The translations under genes were made by a program, and so were the position numbers. Below, in pieces: positions 1 through 8,004 of a stretch of 32,000 nt of DNA (its first letter is position 1; each line of letters opens with the position of its first letter). Under the pieces are notes generated by a model that was given only the letters and a program-made list of their open reading frames with translations, was not told the origin of the DNA and did no database searches. Source of the DNA: an uncultured bacterium (GTDB lineage Bacteria; GCA-001730085); the NCBI GenBank assembly GCA_964565945.1, contig CAZMGY010000011.1, positions 30,001 through 62,000 of the forward strand. The letters run 5' to 3'.

Positions 1-1
1 C

Positions 2-718
2 CCTATGAAGTCATTACAGTCAATTTCGGCTGAAGATATGGATCAAATTATTCAGTTCCTTGAGTTGGATGATGATTTGCAAGCTGGCTTTAAAGATATT
101 TTAACCAAGTTGGTGGTGGCTTATTTTGCGAATGATGCTCAGTTGGCTGAGATTAACCCTTTGGTTTTAACTGGTGAACGCACCTGGCTGGCTTGTGATG
201 GCAAGGTGTTGATCGATGAAAACGCTTTGTTTCGTCACGAAGCATTAAAAGTCTTCGAAGATGAGGCCGAAGACAACGAACTTGAGCGCGAAGCCCATAA
301 GCAAGGCATTGCCTATGTGAAACTTGATGGTAATGTTGGTATTATTGGTAACGGTGCTGGTTTGGTGATGACGACGATGGACGAGGTGAATCGTGCTGGT
401 GGTCAGCCCGCTAACTTTTTGGATATCGGTGGTGGAGCCAAAAAAGAAATGATGGAAAAGTGTCTCGAAGTTCTTTATTCCGATGCTCAAGTCGAGGGAA
501 TATTCATTAACATTTTTGGTGGCATCACCCGTTGTGATGAAGTGGCCCATGGATTGATTGAGATGATTAAAGATGCACCTCGGCAGATTCCTATTGTGCT
601 TCGTTTGTCGGGCACACGGGCGACTGAAGGACGTGCGGTTGTCGAAGGGCGTGATGATTTGATCAGTGCCAAAACGATGAGCGAAGGGGCTCAAAAAATT
701 GTTGAGGCGATGGCGTAA
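2..718 (+). CDS. sucC: succinyl-CoA synthetase beta subunit, C-terminal ~238 aa (5' end lies upstream of the window)
   Basis: The reading frame is open to the window edge. Translated motifs GIAYVKLDGNVGIIGNGAGLVMTTMD, ANFLDIGGGA and IFGGITRCDEVA are typical of the SucC CoA-ligase domain. The gene is followed by sucD. Confidence 0.9.
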   Translation, partial: PMKSLQSISAEDMDQIIQFLELDDDLQAGFKDILTKLVVAYFANDAQLAEINPLVLTGERTWLACDGKVLIDENALFRHEALKVFEDEAEDNELEREAHKQGIAYVKLDGNVGIIGNGAGLVMTTMDEVNRAGGQPANFLDIGGGAKKEMMEKCLEVLYSDAQVEGIFINIFGGITRCDEVAHGLIEMIKDAPRQIPIVLRLSGTRATEGRAVVEGRDDLISAKTMSEGAQKIVEAMA

Positions 719-825
719 ATAGCTGGATTGCGAAATTCATAACCACGGATTAATGAGCGAATCTCGTGATTATGCCACAGGATGACAAGACAGGTTAAGA
801 TACAAGAAACACAAAGGATAGAGAG

Positions 826-1704
826 ATGAGTATTTTACTAAGGAAAGACACAAAAGTGATTGTTCAAGGAATCACAGGGCGCGAAGGAAGTTATCATACG
901 CAATCGATGTTGGATTATGGCACGGAAGTGTTGGGGGGTGTGACCCCTGGAAAAGGTGGTCAAGAAACGTGGGGTTTGCCTGTGTTTAACACGTGCAAAG
1001 AAGCTGTTACTGCGACTGGTGCCAATGCTTCAGTGATTTTTGTACCCGCGCGTTTTGCCAAAGATGCTATTTTGGATGCAGCTGATGGTGGTGTGCAATT
1101 GATTGTTTGCATCACCGAAGGAATTCCTTTTCAGGATATGGTGGAAGCCACCGCTCATGTGAAGACCAACGGAGCTCAGCTTATTGGTCCCAACTGTCCT
1201 GGTTTAGCCTCGCCTGGCATTGGCAAAATGGGAATTACGCCTGCTGAAATTTTGAGCGAAGGTCCTGTTGGCATGATTTCGCGTAGTGGAACCTTGACCT
1301 ACGAGCTTGTGGATGCTTTGACCCGCTTGGGTATTGGCCAAACCACCTGTGTGGGGATCGGTGGTGACCCCGTGTTAGGTTTGAGCTTCCGTGATCTTTT
1401 GGAAATGTTCGAGAACGATCCCGAAACCAAAGCAGTAGTGATGGTCGGTGAAATTGGTGGAACCGACGAGGAAGATGCGGCGGAATATATTGCTCAAATG
1501 TCGAAGCCCGTGGTTTGCTTTATCTCGGGTAAAACAGCGCCCCCAGGTAAACGTATGGGGCATGCTGGCGCAATTATTTCTGGGGGCAAAGGAACGGCTC
1601 AATCGAAAGTCGAAGCTTTGTCAAGTGCTGGAGTGACCATTATGGATACTACTGGCGAAGTGGTGCAAAAAATTCAAGACATTTTGGGCGCTAAGGTGGC
1701 TTAA
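826..1704 (+). CDS. sucD: succinyl-CoA synthetase alpha subunit
   Basis: 292 aa. Motifs [27 protein letters not shown] and [14 protein letters not shown] (phosphohistidine loop). An AGGA-type RBS lies upstream. Confidence 0.93.
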   Translation: MSILLRKDTKVIVQGITGREGSYHTQSMLDYGTEVLGGVTPGKGGQETWGLPVFNTCKEAVTATGANASVIFVPARFAKDAILDAADGGVQLIVCITEGIPFQDMVEATAHVKTNGAQLIGPNCPGLASPGIGKMGITPAEILSEGPVGMISRSGTLTYELVDALTRLGIGQTTCVGIGGDPVLGLSFRDLLEMFENDPETKAVVMVGEIGGTDEEDAAEYIAQMSKPVVCFISGKTAPPGKRMGHAGAIISGGKGTAQSKVEALSSAGVTIMDTTGEVVQKIQDILGAKVA

Positions 1705-1931
1705 TAAAAGCGTTACCCCGCGACTTGATTGTGGGGTTCGCTTAACTTTATTAAATGTTATTTCTGTGAGGGCATAAATTCAACAAGGAAATAAATGTGT
1801 CGCCCTCTTTAGTGCGTGTGTTAGCGATTGACGTTGGTGGCGGGCTGGACGATATTAGAACTTATTTGATATAGGTTTTTTTAAAATTTGTATGTTATCC
1901 TACCAGATTGACCTCGCTTATATTATATATG

Positions 1932-2025
1932 TTTTATAGGGTTTTGCTCTTAAATGAGGGGTTTTCTGTCTTGGAGAGGGAGAGCCTCTCCAAGGAATAA
2001 CGACTGTTAATAAAACCCTATAAAA
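1932..2025. repeat. nested inverted repeat with outer 14-bp arms and an inner 10-bp stem, located 20 bp downstream of the hsdS stop
   Basis: Outer arms are TTTTATAGGGTTTT (1932-1945) and its perfect reverse complement AAAACCCTATAAAA (2012-2025). The inner perfect hairpin is CTTGGAGAGG (1970-1979), loop GAGAG, CCTCTCCAAG (1985-1994). No U-tract follows on either strand, so it is terminator-like rather than a canonical intrinsic terminator. Confidence 0.7.
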
Positions 2026-2044
2026 AAAACTTGTCTCCTTATGC

Positions 2045-3373
2045 TCATAATGCTCCTGCTTTCTCGTGAGAGACGGATGTCTTTCCTTCAAAGGCCTCTT
2101 TCAAGACTGATTTCATGAGCATTTCGGATTGCTCTTTGCGCTCTGTGACTTGCTTTTTTAAATCATCAATCATTGACATAAGTTTCTTAACCCTATCATC
2201 AATTATTTTTTGTTCAAGAAAACTTGGCAAAGGAAATTTAAAACTTCTCAATTTAGTGGCATTAATATTTGACTGTCCAATTGCATCTGTTTTGACTTTG
2301 TTACACCATTTGCGATGCAAAAATGAATTCATCACATAGTTAACATATAAAGAGCTTATCCCTCCAAGCATATAAAAACGCACTAAATACCCTGCATGAA
2401 TAGCTTTTTGTCTACCTTCATAAAGTGCCGTTTTACCAACTAATTCTCGACTATTCGTCCTATTAAATAAAAGGTCTTTCTCTTTTAACATATATTTATT
2501 TATTTCATCGCAATTATCTGTATAAACCAGATTACTCCAATCTATGTTGCCATTTTTAATATTACCCATCCTTAAAACTGGCACTTTCCCACTCTTCTTT
2601 GACTTCAAACTAGAACCATAATCAAATCCACATGCAATATCTCCAAGCTTGCACCACACCCACCCCTCAGGCAATACAAACAGTTTTTCATCGTCTGTAA
2701 TAGGTTTTAATGGTTTCGGATTTTTTATTTTTCCCTCTTTAATCAACTTGTCTTTTTTTAATTTGATTGTTTCAAGAAGCTTCGATGCATGGTTTTCACC
2801 ACTGATTAAGTCGGGGTTTTTATTGCGCCAGTCAGCAGTAAGTTTACCTTCAATAGCTTCTTGTAAGATGGATTGGCGTAACTTTTTAAGAAAAGATAGT
2901 TGCTGGTCAAAAGCACTTTCAAAATTACTACTAATTTCATTCATTTTTTCAATTTTGCCACTAAAAAGCACCTGATGATCATAATCAAAATAGGGAATTT
3001 TATATAAACCAAAGTTTGTTCGATTAATAGCTAATTTTGATGTTCCGGTCGCCGTTTTCTTTACAATATTCAACCTTAAAGAATTAAAAAGTCGATAATA
3101 AAACATTAAATCTATTTTCAGTCCTTTTTTAGGCACCAAAATAAAACATAGATCACTTGCAATAAATTTATCATTTATATAATGAGTACGCCCAAGAGAT
3201 CCAGAAGCGGCCATTGCAAATACTAACGCCTCACAATCATGCGTATAATTTTTGTGTGTTTTCCAGTCTTCTGCTGCAGTTACAAAAAAATAGCGTCCAG
3301 CCGTACACTTTGTACTTTGCAAGGTTCCTTTTTCAAAATCAAAAATCTCTTTTATTGGCTTCCACTTAACCAT
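2045..3373 (-). CDS. hsdS: Type I restriction-modification specificity subunit with two target-recognition domains
   Basis: 442 aa with two variable halves. These are separated and followed by conserved helical spacers (LKKLRQSILQEAIEGKL and SEMLMKSVLKEAFEG), which is typical HsdS architecture. The start overlaps the hsdM stop by 8 nt. Confidence 0.85.
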   Translation of the reverse strand: MVKWKPIKEIFDFEKGTLQSTKCTAGRYFFVTAAEDWKTHKNYTHDCEALVFAMAASGSLGRTHYINDKFIASDLCFILVPKKGLKIDLMFYYRLFNSLRLNIVKKTATGTSKLAINRTNFGLYKIPYFDYDHQVLFSGKIEKMNEISSNFESAFDQQLSFLKKLRQSILQEAIEGKLTADWRNKNPDLISGENHASKLLETIKLKKDKLIKEGKIKNPKPLKPITDDEKLFVLPEGWVWCKLGDIACGFDYGSSLKSKKSGKVPVLRMGNIKNGNIDWSNLVYTDNCDEINKYMLKEKDLLFNRTNSRELVGKTALYEGRQKAIHAGYLVRFYMLGGISSLYVNYVMNSFLHRKWCNKVKTDAIGQSNINATKLRSFKFPLPSFLEQKIIDDRVKKLMSMIDDLKKQVTERKEQSEMLMKSVLKEAFEGKTSVSHEKAGAL

Positions 3374-4799
3374 GATTTAGTTCTTCTTTCAATTTTTCTA
3401 ACAGCGCATCACTTTTACAAAAAGAATCGTGAAGCATACCTACCAACTCTGAACTTGAATACACATGCTCCTCTTTTGCTATATGCGGATTCTTAATATC
3501 AAGACTATAACCATTGGATTTAATCGTATCCATCGAAACTTTCCACGCCTGATCATTTTCTTTGCGCTTTTTCCACCACTTTTTCAATCCATCAAATTCC
3601 ATCTTTTGAATAGGCTTGGTTTTACTATAAGATTTTACGCTTTCGGGCAATCTGTGTTCCCAATACCAAATATCTTTTGTCGACTTTCCCTTTTCAAAAA
3701 AGAGAAGATTCGTCGCCACACTGGCATAGGGTTGAAAAACCGAATTGGGCAAACGAACAATCGTATGAAGATTACATGTTTCCAAGAAATGCTGACGTAT
3801 GCGTTGTTTTACACCATCTCCCGTCAGTGACCCATCTGGCAAAACAATCCCTGCTCTTCCTCCCTCTTTCAGATAGCGAACCATTAAAACTAAAAAAAGA
3901 TCTGCACTTTCTGTTGTCCGGTAATTTTGAGGAAAGTTTGTTTCAACACCATCGGTAACGGATGCTCCAAATGGCGGATTTGCAAGAATAACGTCAACTC
4001 TGTTTTTTTGCGTAATAGACGTGTATTCTCGATTCAAGCTGTCCGTGTAATCCACATTAGGAATTTCGATATCATGCAAAATTAAATTTGTCACACATAG
4101 CATAAAAGGCAAAGGCTTTAACTCCATTCCATGAATGGTTTTTTCAAGCGTTTTCAAATCTTCCACGCCTTTAACATCTCGCTTGCGAATATTTTCTATA
4201 GCACTGGTTAAAAATCCACCCGTTCCACAGGAAGGATCAAGCACCTTTTCCCCCAATCGAGGATTAATGATGTCCGTGATTATTTCTGTGATGGCACGTG
4301 GCGTGTAAAACTCTCCATAATTACCTGCATTTTGAAGGTCTCTTAAAATCGTTTCATAGATATCCCCAAACACATGTCTGTCTTCTGAACTATTAAAATC
4401 AATCTTGTTTAATTCATTAATGACCTGACGCAAAATTGTGCCATTTTTCATGTAGTTATTTGTGCCGTCAAATATCTCTCGAATAATAATCGCACGTTTA
4501 TTGCCTGTACTAACATCAAGATTCTTTAGACCGGCGATTAGCTTTCCATCGACAAAGCTTTTAAGTTCCTCTCCCGTCATGCCCTCATCATCGGCTGCCC
4601 AGTTTCGCCATTGCAACTTTTCAGGCATAGGCGACACATATTTGTCATTCAAAAGCTTAATCTCTTTATCCTTATCATCCAGGATTTTAAGACTAATCAT
4701 CCATCCAAGTTGTTCAATGCGCTGGGCGTCACCGGACACACCCGGGTCTTTGCGCATAATATTCTGCAAAGTCTTAATAATATTTCCAATATTTTTCAT
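3366..4799 (-). CDS. hsdM: Type I restriction-modification N6-adenine DNA methyltransferase subunit
   Basis: 477 aa. It has an HsdM N-terminal domain, the AdoMet motif DPSCGTGGFL and the catalytic motif NPPFG. Confidence 0.92.
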   Translation of the reverse strand: MKNIGNIIKTLQNIMRKDPGVSGDAQRIEQLGWMISLKILDDKDKEIKLLNDKYVSPMPEKLQWRNWAADDEGMTGEELKSFVDGKLIAGLKNLDVSTGNKRAIIIREIFDGTNNYMKNGTILRQVINELNKIDFNSSEDRHVFGDIYETILRDLQNAGNYGEFYTPRAITEIITDIINPRLGEKVLDPSCGTGGFLTSAIENIRKRDVKGVEDLKTLEKTIHGMELKPLPFMLCVTNLILHDIEIPNVDYTDSLNREYTSITQKNRVDVILANPPFGASVTDGVETNFPQNYRTTESADLFLVLMVRYLKEGGRAGIVLPDGSLTGDGVKQRIRQHFLETCNLHTIVRLPNSVFQPYASVATNLLFFEKGKSTKDIWYWEHRLPESVKSYSKTKPIQKMEFDGLKKWWKKRKENDQAWKVSMDTIKSNGYSLDIKNPHIAKEEHVYSSSELVGMLHDSFCKSDALLEKLKEELNHG

Positions 4800-4807
4800 T
4801 TAAGCTC

Positions 4808-7207
4808 CTATGCTATGGCGTAAATCTCTTGCTCTAATTCCTCAACAGCATCCACATACCTCTCTCGATCTCCAAATATGCTCAAAATTTCAGCGGGTGT
4901 CCCCATTTGATTGAACGGTTCTATTCTCAAAACGTCAAGGTCTTCTATATTCTCAATACCTTCATCGGCATATTTCTCAAGTAATGCCTCAATCACCTTG
5001 CGCGCTTTATCCTCATATTTAGCAAAATAGTTGCGTTTTTTCACATTCTCCGCTCTTTCTCTACGGCTTAGAGGAGGTTTATCCCAAGCAATATGACAGA
5101 CAAGGTCAAACACATCTAAGTCTTTTTTGATTTGAGATTTCAGATTTTCCAAAATAATGCCATGAGCTTCGAGTTCCTCAATAACGGCTTTCTTTTTAGT
5201 CGCACCATTCCAATGCGCAAGAAAATCATCAAGGGAACGAAATTCTTTAAGAAGATTTTTCTTTGTGTAATCTTTGAGACTCTCTGTGATAAGTTTGCCA
5301 TTAGCATCCAAATGTTGGACACGTTCATTAAGAACGGAAACGTTCACACCAGCCACATAGATCTTGCTATGAGGTTCTGCAACAATATCTCCGCCCGTAA
5401 CAGGTGGAATAGGATACTCCCCTGTTTTACCGTCACCAAAATCGACAGGCTCTCCTGTTTCAGGATCAAATATTTCCGTATCACCTTCCGGATTAATGTC
5501 TTCTTCCTTTATTTCTTCATCGCCCCTAATCTCTTTAATCATAACCGGATCACCATCAAAGGTAGAATCTGCAAAAAGATCCGTCACATTACGAAAATCC
5601 ATGATCGTAAAAAACGTTTTATCGTATTCTTCATTGATACGCGTTCCACGACCAATAATCTGCTTAAACTCCGTCATAGATCGAATATTGGCATCAAGAA
5701 CAATGAGTTTACAAGTTTGTGCATCAATGCCGGTTGTCATCAATTTGGACGTCGTCGCAATAACAGGGTATCTCTCTTCAGGGTTAATAAAATTATCGAC
5801 TTCACGTTTTCCCTGTTCATCGTCACCTGTTATACGCATAACATACTTATGACTTTCAAGAACCAATTCTGGATTTTCAATGGCTAAAGCTTGTCTCATT
5901 CTTTCGGCATGTTCAATATCAATACAAAAAACGATCGTCTTGTCATAACGGTTTGTCTTTCGCAAATATTCGGAAACTTTTCTAGCAACCAACTTTGTCC
6001 GCTCATCAATAACGATATTTTTATCAAAATCCTTTGTGTTATAAACGCGATCCTCAACAACTCTGCCGTCTTTATCTATTTTGCCAGTCTCTGGCCTCCA
6101 TCCCTCCAGATCAACATTCACTCCAACACGAAGAACCTTATAAGGGGCTAAAAATCCATCTTCTATCCCTTGCTTTAAGGTGTATGTGTAAATCGGATCG
6201 CCAAAATATTCAATGTTTGAAACGTCTTTTGTTTCTTTTGGGGTCGCTGTAAGTCCAATTTGTGTGGCAAAACTAAAATAGTTTAGAATTTCTCGCCACG
6301 CACTGTCCGCATCCGCACTGCCTCTATGACATTCGTCGACAATTACCAAATCAAAAAAATCACGGCTAAACTCATTGTAAGCATCTTTATCGTCGTTGTA
6401 ATTCGTTAAACCTTGGTACAAGGCAAGATAAATTTCAAAAGCCTTATCAACTTTTTTCTTCTTGATAATGGTCATACGATCTTTAAAGTGCTTGAAGTCA
6501 TTGCGTTTGGTCTGATCAATAAGAACATTTCGGTCAGCTAAAAACAAAATTCGTTTTTTATTTCCATTTTTCCAAAGTCGATAGATAATTTGAAAAGCTG
6601 TATAGGTTTTTCCTGTGCCAGTTGCCATAACAAGAAAGATTCTTTTTTGATCACAGGCGATGGCTTCCACCGTTCGGTTAATTGCAATTTGCTGATAATA
6701 ACGAGGAGAACGACCAGAACCATCAAAGAAGTAGTCATATGCGGCTATTTTTTCTTGTTCAGGCGTTTTAATACCTTTATGTTTTTTGTATATTTCCCAA
6801 ACCTCATCAGGAGAAGGAAAGTTATCGAGAGATAACTCTTGCTCAACTGGCTGAGAACGGCCAGAGCGGTCATGCATAATAAATCCGTCTCCGTTTGAAC
6901 TAAATGCAACCGGAAGGTCCAGAATGTCTGCATAATTTAATGCCTGTTGAAGTCCTGAACCAACAGAGTGATTATTGTCCTTTGCCTCAATAACAGCAAT
7001 AGGAATATTGGGCTTTAAGTAGAGAATAAAGTCCGCCCGTTTACGCTTTCCACGCACAGTTTTATTCCCTTTGACAAAAATACGGCCATCCGTAAAAAAG
7101 ACTTCCTCACGGATTTGTTTTTCAACATTCCAACCAGACTTTACAAGAGCTGGTAGAATAAATTTTGTGCAAATATCTCGCTCTGATAACTCTTTTTTAC
7201 TAGTCAT
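4808..7207 (-). CDS. hsdR: Type I restriction endonuclease/translocase subunit, short (~800 aa) class with an EcoEI/EcoAI-like C-terminal domain
   Basis: 799 aa. The N-terminal nuclease motif (RADFILY...IAVIEAKD), Walker A MATGTGKT, DEAH-type box VDECHRG and the helicase C motifs are all intact. The C-terminal region (AHWNGATKKKAVIEELEAHGI...) resembles the EcoEI R C-terminal domain. Confidence 0.92.
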   Translation of the reverse strand: MTSKKELSERDICTKFILPALVKSGWNVEKQIREEVFFTDGRIFVKGNKTVRGKRKRADFILYLKPNIPIAVIEAKDNNHSVGSGLQQALNYADILDLPVAFSSNGDGFIMHDRSGRSQPVEQELSLDNFPSPDEVWEIYKKHKGIKTPEQEKIAAYDYFFDGSGRSPRYYQQIAINRTVEAIACDQKRIFLVMATGTGKTYTAFQIIYRLWKNGNKKRILFLADRNVLIDQTKRNDFKHFKDRMTIIKKKKVDKAFEIYLALYQGLTNYNDDKDAYNEFSRDFFDLVIVDECHRGSADADSAWREILNYFSFATQIGLTATPKETKDVSNIEYFGDPIYTYTLKQGIEDGFLAPYKVLRVGVNVDLEGWRPETGKIDKDGRVVEDRVYNTKDFDKNIVIDERTKLVARKVSEYLRKTNRYDKTIVFCIDIEHAERMRQALAIENPELVLESHKYVMRITGDDEQGKREVDNFINPEERYPVIATTSKLMTTGIDAQTCKLIVLDANIRSMTEFKQIIGRGTRINEEYDKTFFTIMDFRNVTDLFADSTFDGDPVMIKEIRGDEEIKEEDINPEGDTEIFDPETGEPVDFGDGKTGEYPIPPVTGGDIVAEPHSKIYVAGVNVSVLNERVQHLDANGKLITESLKDYTKKNLLKEFRSLDDFLAHWNGATKKKAVIEELEAHGIILENLKSQIKKDLDVFDLVCHIAWDKPPLSRRERAENVKKRNYFAKYEDKARKVIEALLEKYADEGIENIEDLDVLRIEPFNQMGTPAEILSIFGDRERYVDAVEELEQEIYAIA

Positions 7208-7386
7208 AAAGCACTGTCTTTTCTAATTTTTTTCTTAAAATCCGCTTCAATCAAATCTCGAATAATCGAAACCACCGTCGTGCTCTTATTCTTCTTCTGG
7301 TTCTCCAGAGCTTTTTCCTTAAGATAAAAATATTGCTCTTCCGTCAATTCAATGGTTGTTTTGCGCATTTTTGTTTTTGTGCTCAT
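7204..7386 (-). CDS. small ribbon-helix-helix (CopG/Arc/MetJ-like) DNA-binding protein, first cistron of the hsd operon
   Basis: 60 aa. RKTTIELTEEQYFYLKEKAL then STTVVSIIRDLIEADF fits a strand-helix-helix pattern. The RBS AGAGGTG lies 5-6 nt before the ATG. The TGA overlaps the hsdR ATG (ATGA at 7204-7207). Confidence 0.6.
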   Translation of the reverse strand: MSTKTKMRKTTIELTEEQYFYLKEKALENQKKNKSTTVVSIIRDLIEADFKKKIRKDSAL

Positions 7387-7423
7387 TTTTTCACCTCTAT
7401 ATCCCTAAATCAAAACAGGGCGA

Positions 7424-7439
7424 TTTTATAGTTTTATAG
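7424..7439. promoter_or_regulatory. perfect tandem 8-mer TTTTATAG TTTTATAG in the hsd operon upstream region (candidate operator)
   Basis: The repeat lies 38-53 bp upstream of the RHH start codon. It reads CTATAAAACTATAAAA on the coding (-) strand and is preceded there by a TTGATA -35-like hexamer. Confidence 0.4.
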
Positions 7440-7503
7440 CTTCACATATTTTATCAAATAAGAAGGCATTTAGGCAAAGAGTTTATAAGAGGTAAATAGT
7501 TGA

Positions 7504-7935
7504 AAGAGGAAAAGACTAAATACGATTTTTGAGCAACGTCACAAGCAAATCAACCACGATCTGGTCGCGCCCGCCAATGTAGCATTCTCTGCCGTGAATA
7601 GGGCATATCTCAAGCCTCATTTTATCAAGGGCGTTCTAAATATGATGTTACTGTTTCCATCGTTAAATGCTTATAAAAGAGGTGGACTTAGAAAATGCTC
7701 AATTCAAGAGCATCTATGCTGAGAGTGAGTTAAAAGTATCTATTGCCAAGGCGCCCTTAGCAAAAAAAACTTTAAAGCCATCTCAACGGCGTGAGATTTT
7801 TTAATTTTTAATAAAACAAGAAGTGTTAATCTTATTTGCTAAGTTTGTATCAGCAGTAACAGAACTTACTATGTATCAAGCAAAACTCAGTAATGAAAAT
7901 GCTATGATTGCTGATACCTGTTTCTGTTTACAAAT
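7504..7935 (+). mobile_element. decayed 5' part of an IS3-family insertion sequence (orfA-type region, frameshifted, no intact ORF)
   Basis: One frame gives KRKRLNTIFEQRHKQINHDLVAPANVAFSAVNRAYLKPHFIKG. The next frame gives ENAQFKSIYAESELKVSIAKAPLAKKTLKPSQRREIF*. This is the IS3 OrfA HTH plus leucine-zipper pattern (..AE.EL....K..LAKK.L.PS.RRE). An A8 run at 7762-7769 sits where IS3 elements carry their A-AAA-AAA/G -1 frameshift site. Stops and frame changes show that the element is a relic. Confidence 0.6.
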
Positions 7936-7955
7936 AACTTGGAAGAATGTATAAT
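7927..7955 (+). promoter_or_regulatory. sigma70-type promoter for gltA
   Basis: TTTACA (7927-7932), a 17-nt spacer, then TATAAT (7950-7955) with TG immediately upstream. It lies about 50 nt upstream of the ATG at 8005. Confidence 0.5.
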
Positions 7956-8004
7956 ACCACCTTGTTGTCAACAATGGATCAAAATCCGTAAGTGCGGGCT
8001 TTGT

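Noticed and set aside
1861-1871. 11-bp perfect inverted match CTTATTTGATA (1861-1871) / TATCAAATAAG (7452-7462), positioned like terminal inverted repeats around the whole R-M module
   Set aside because: The match does not extend beyond 11 bp and no flanking direct repeat (target-site duplication) is present. The sequence is AT-rich. My rough expectation for such a match between the two flanks is about 0.1 or higher. It is worth re-checking only if more copies of the element are found.
7939-8004. N-terminal extensions in the ORF track: gltA from TTG 7939, purH from 9569, tsaC from 13176, rpiB from 13972, the TPM gene from 21491, metF from 26467, the DnaA-like gene from 29551, mazG from 30368 and the small secreted-protein gene from 16465
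   Set aside because: Internal ATG or GTG codons preceded by Shine-Dalgarno-like sequences give N-termini that match the respective families. The extensions overlap promoters or upstream genes and encode implausible peptides.
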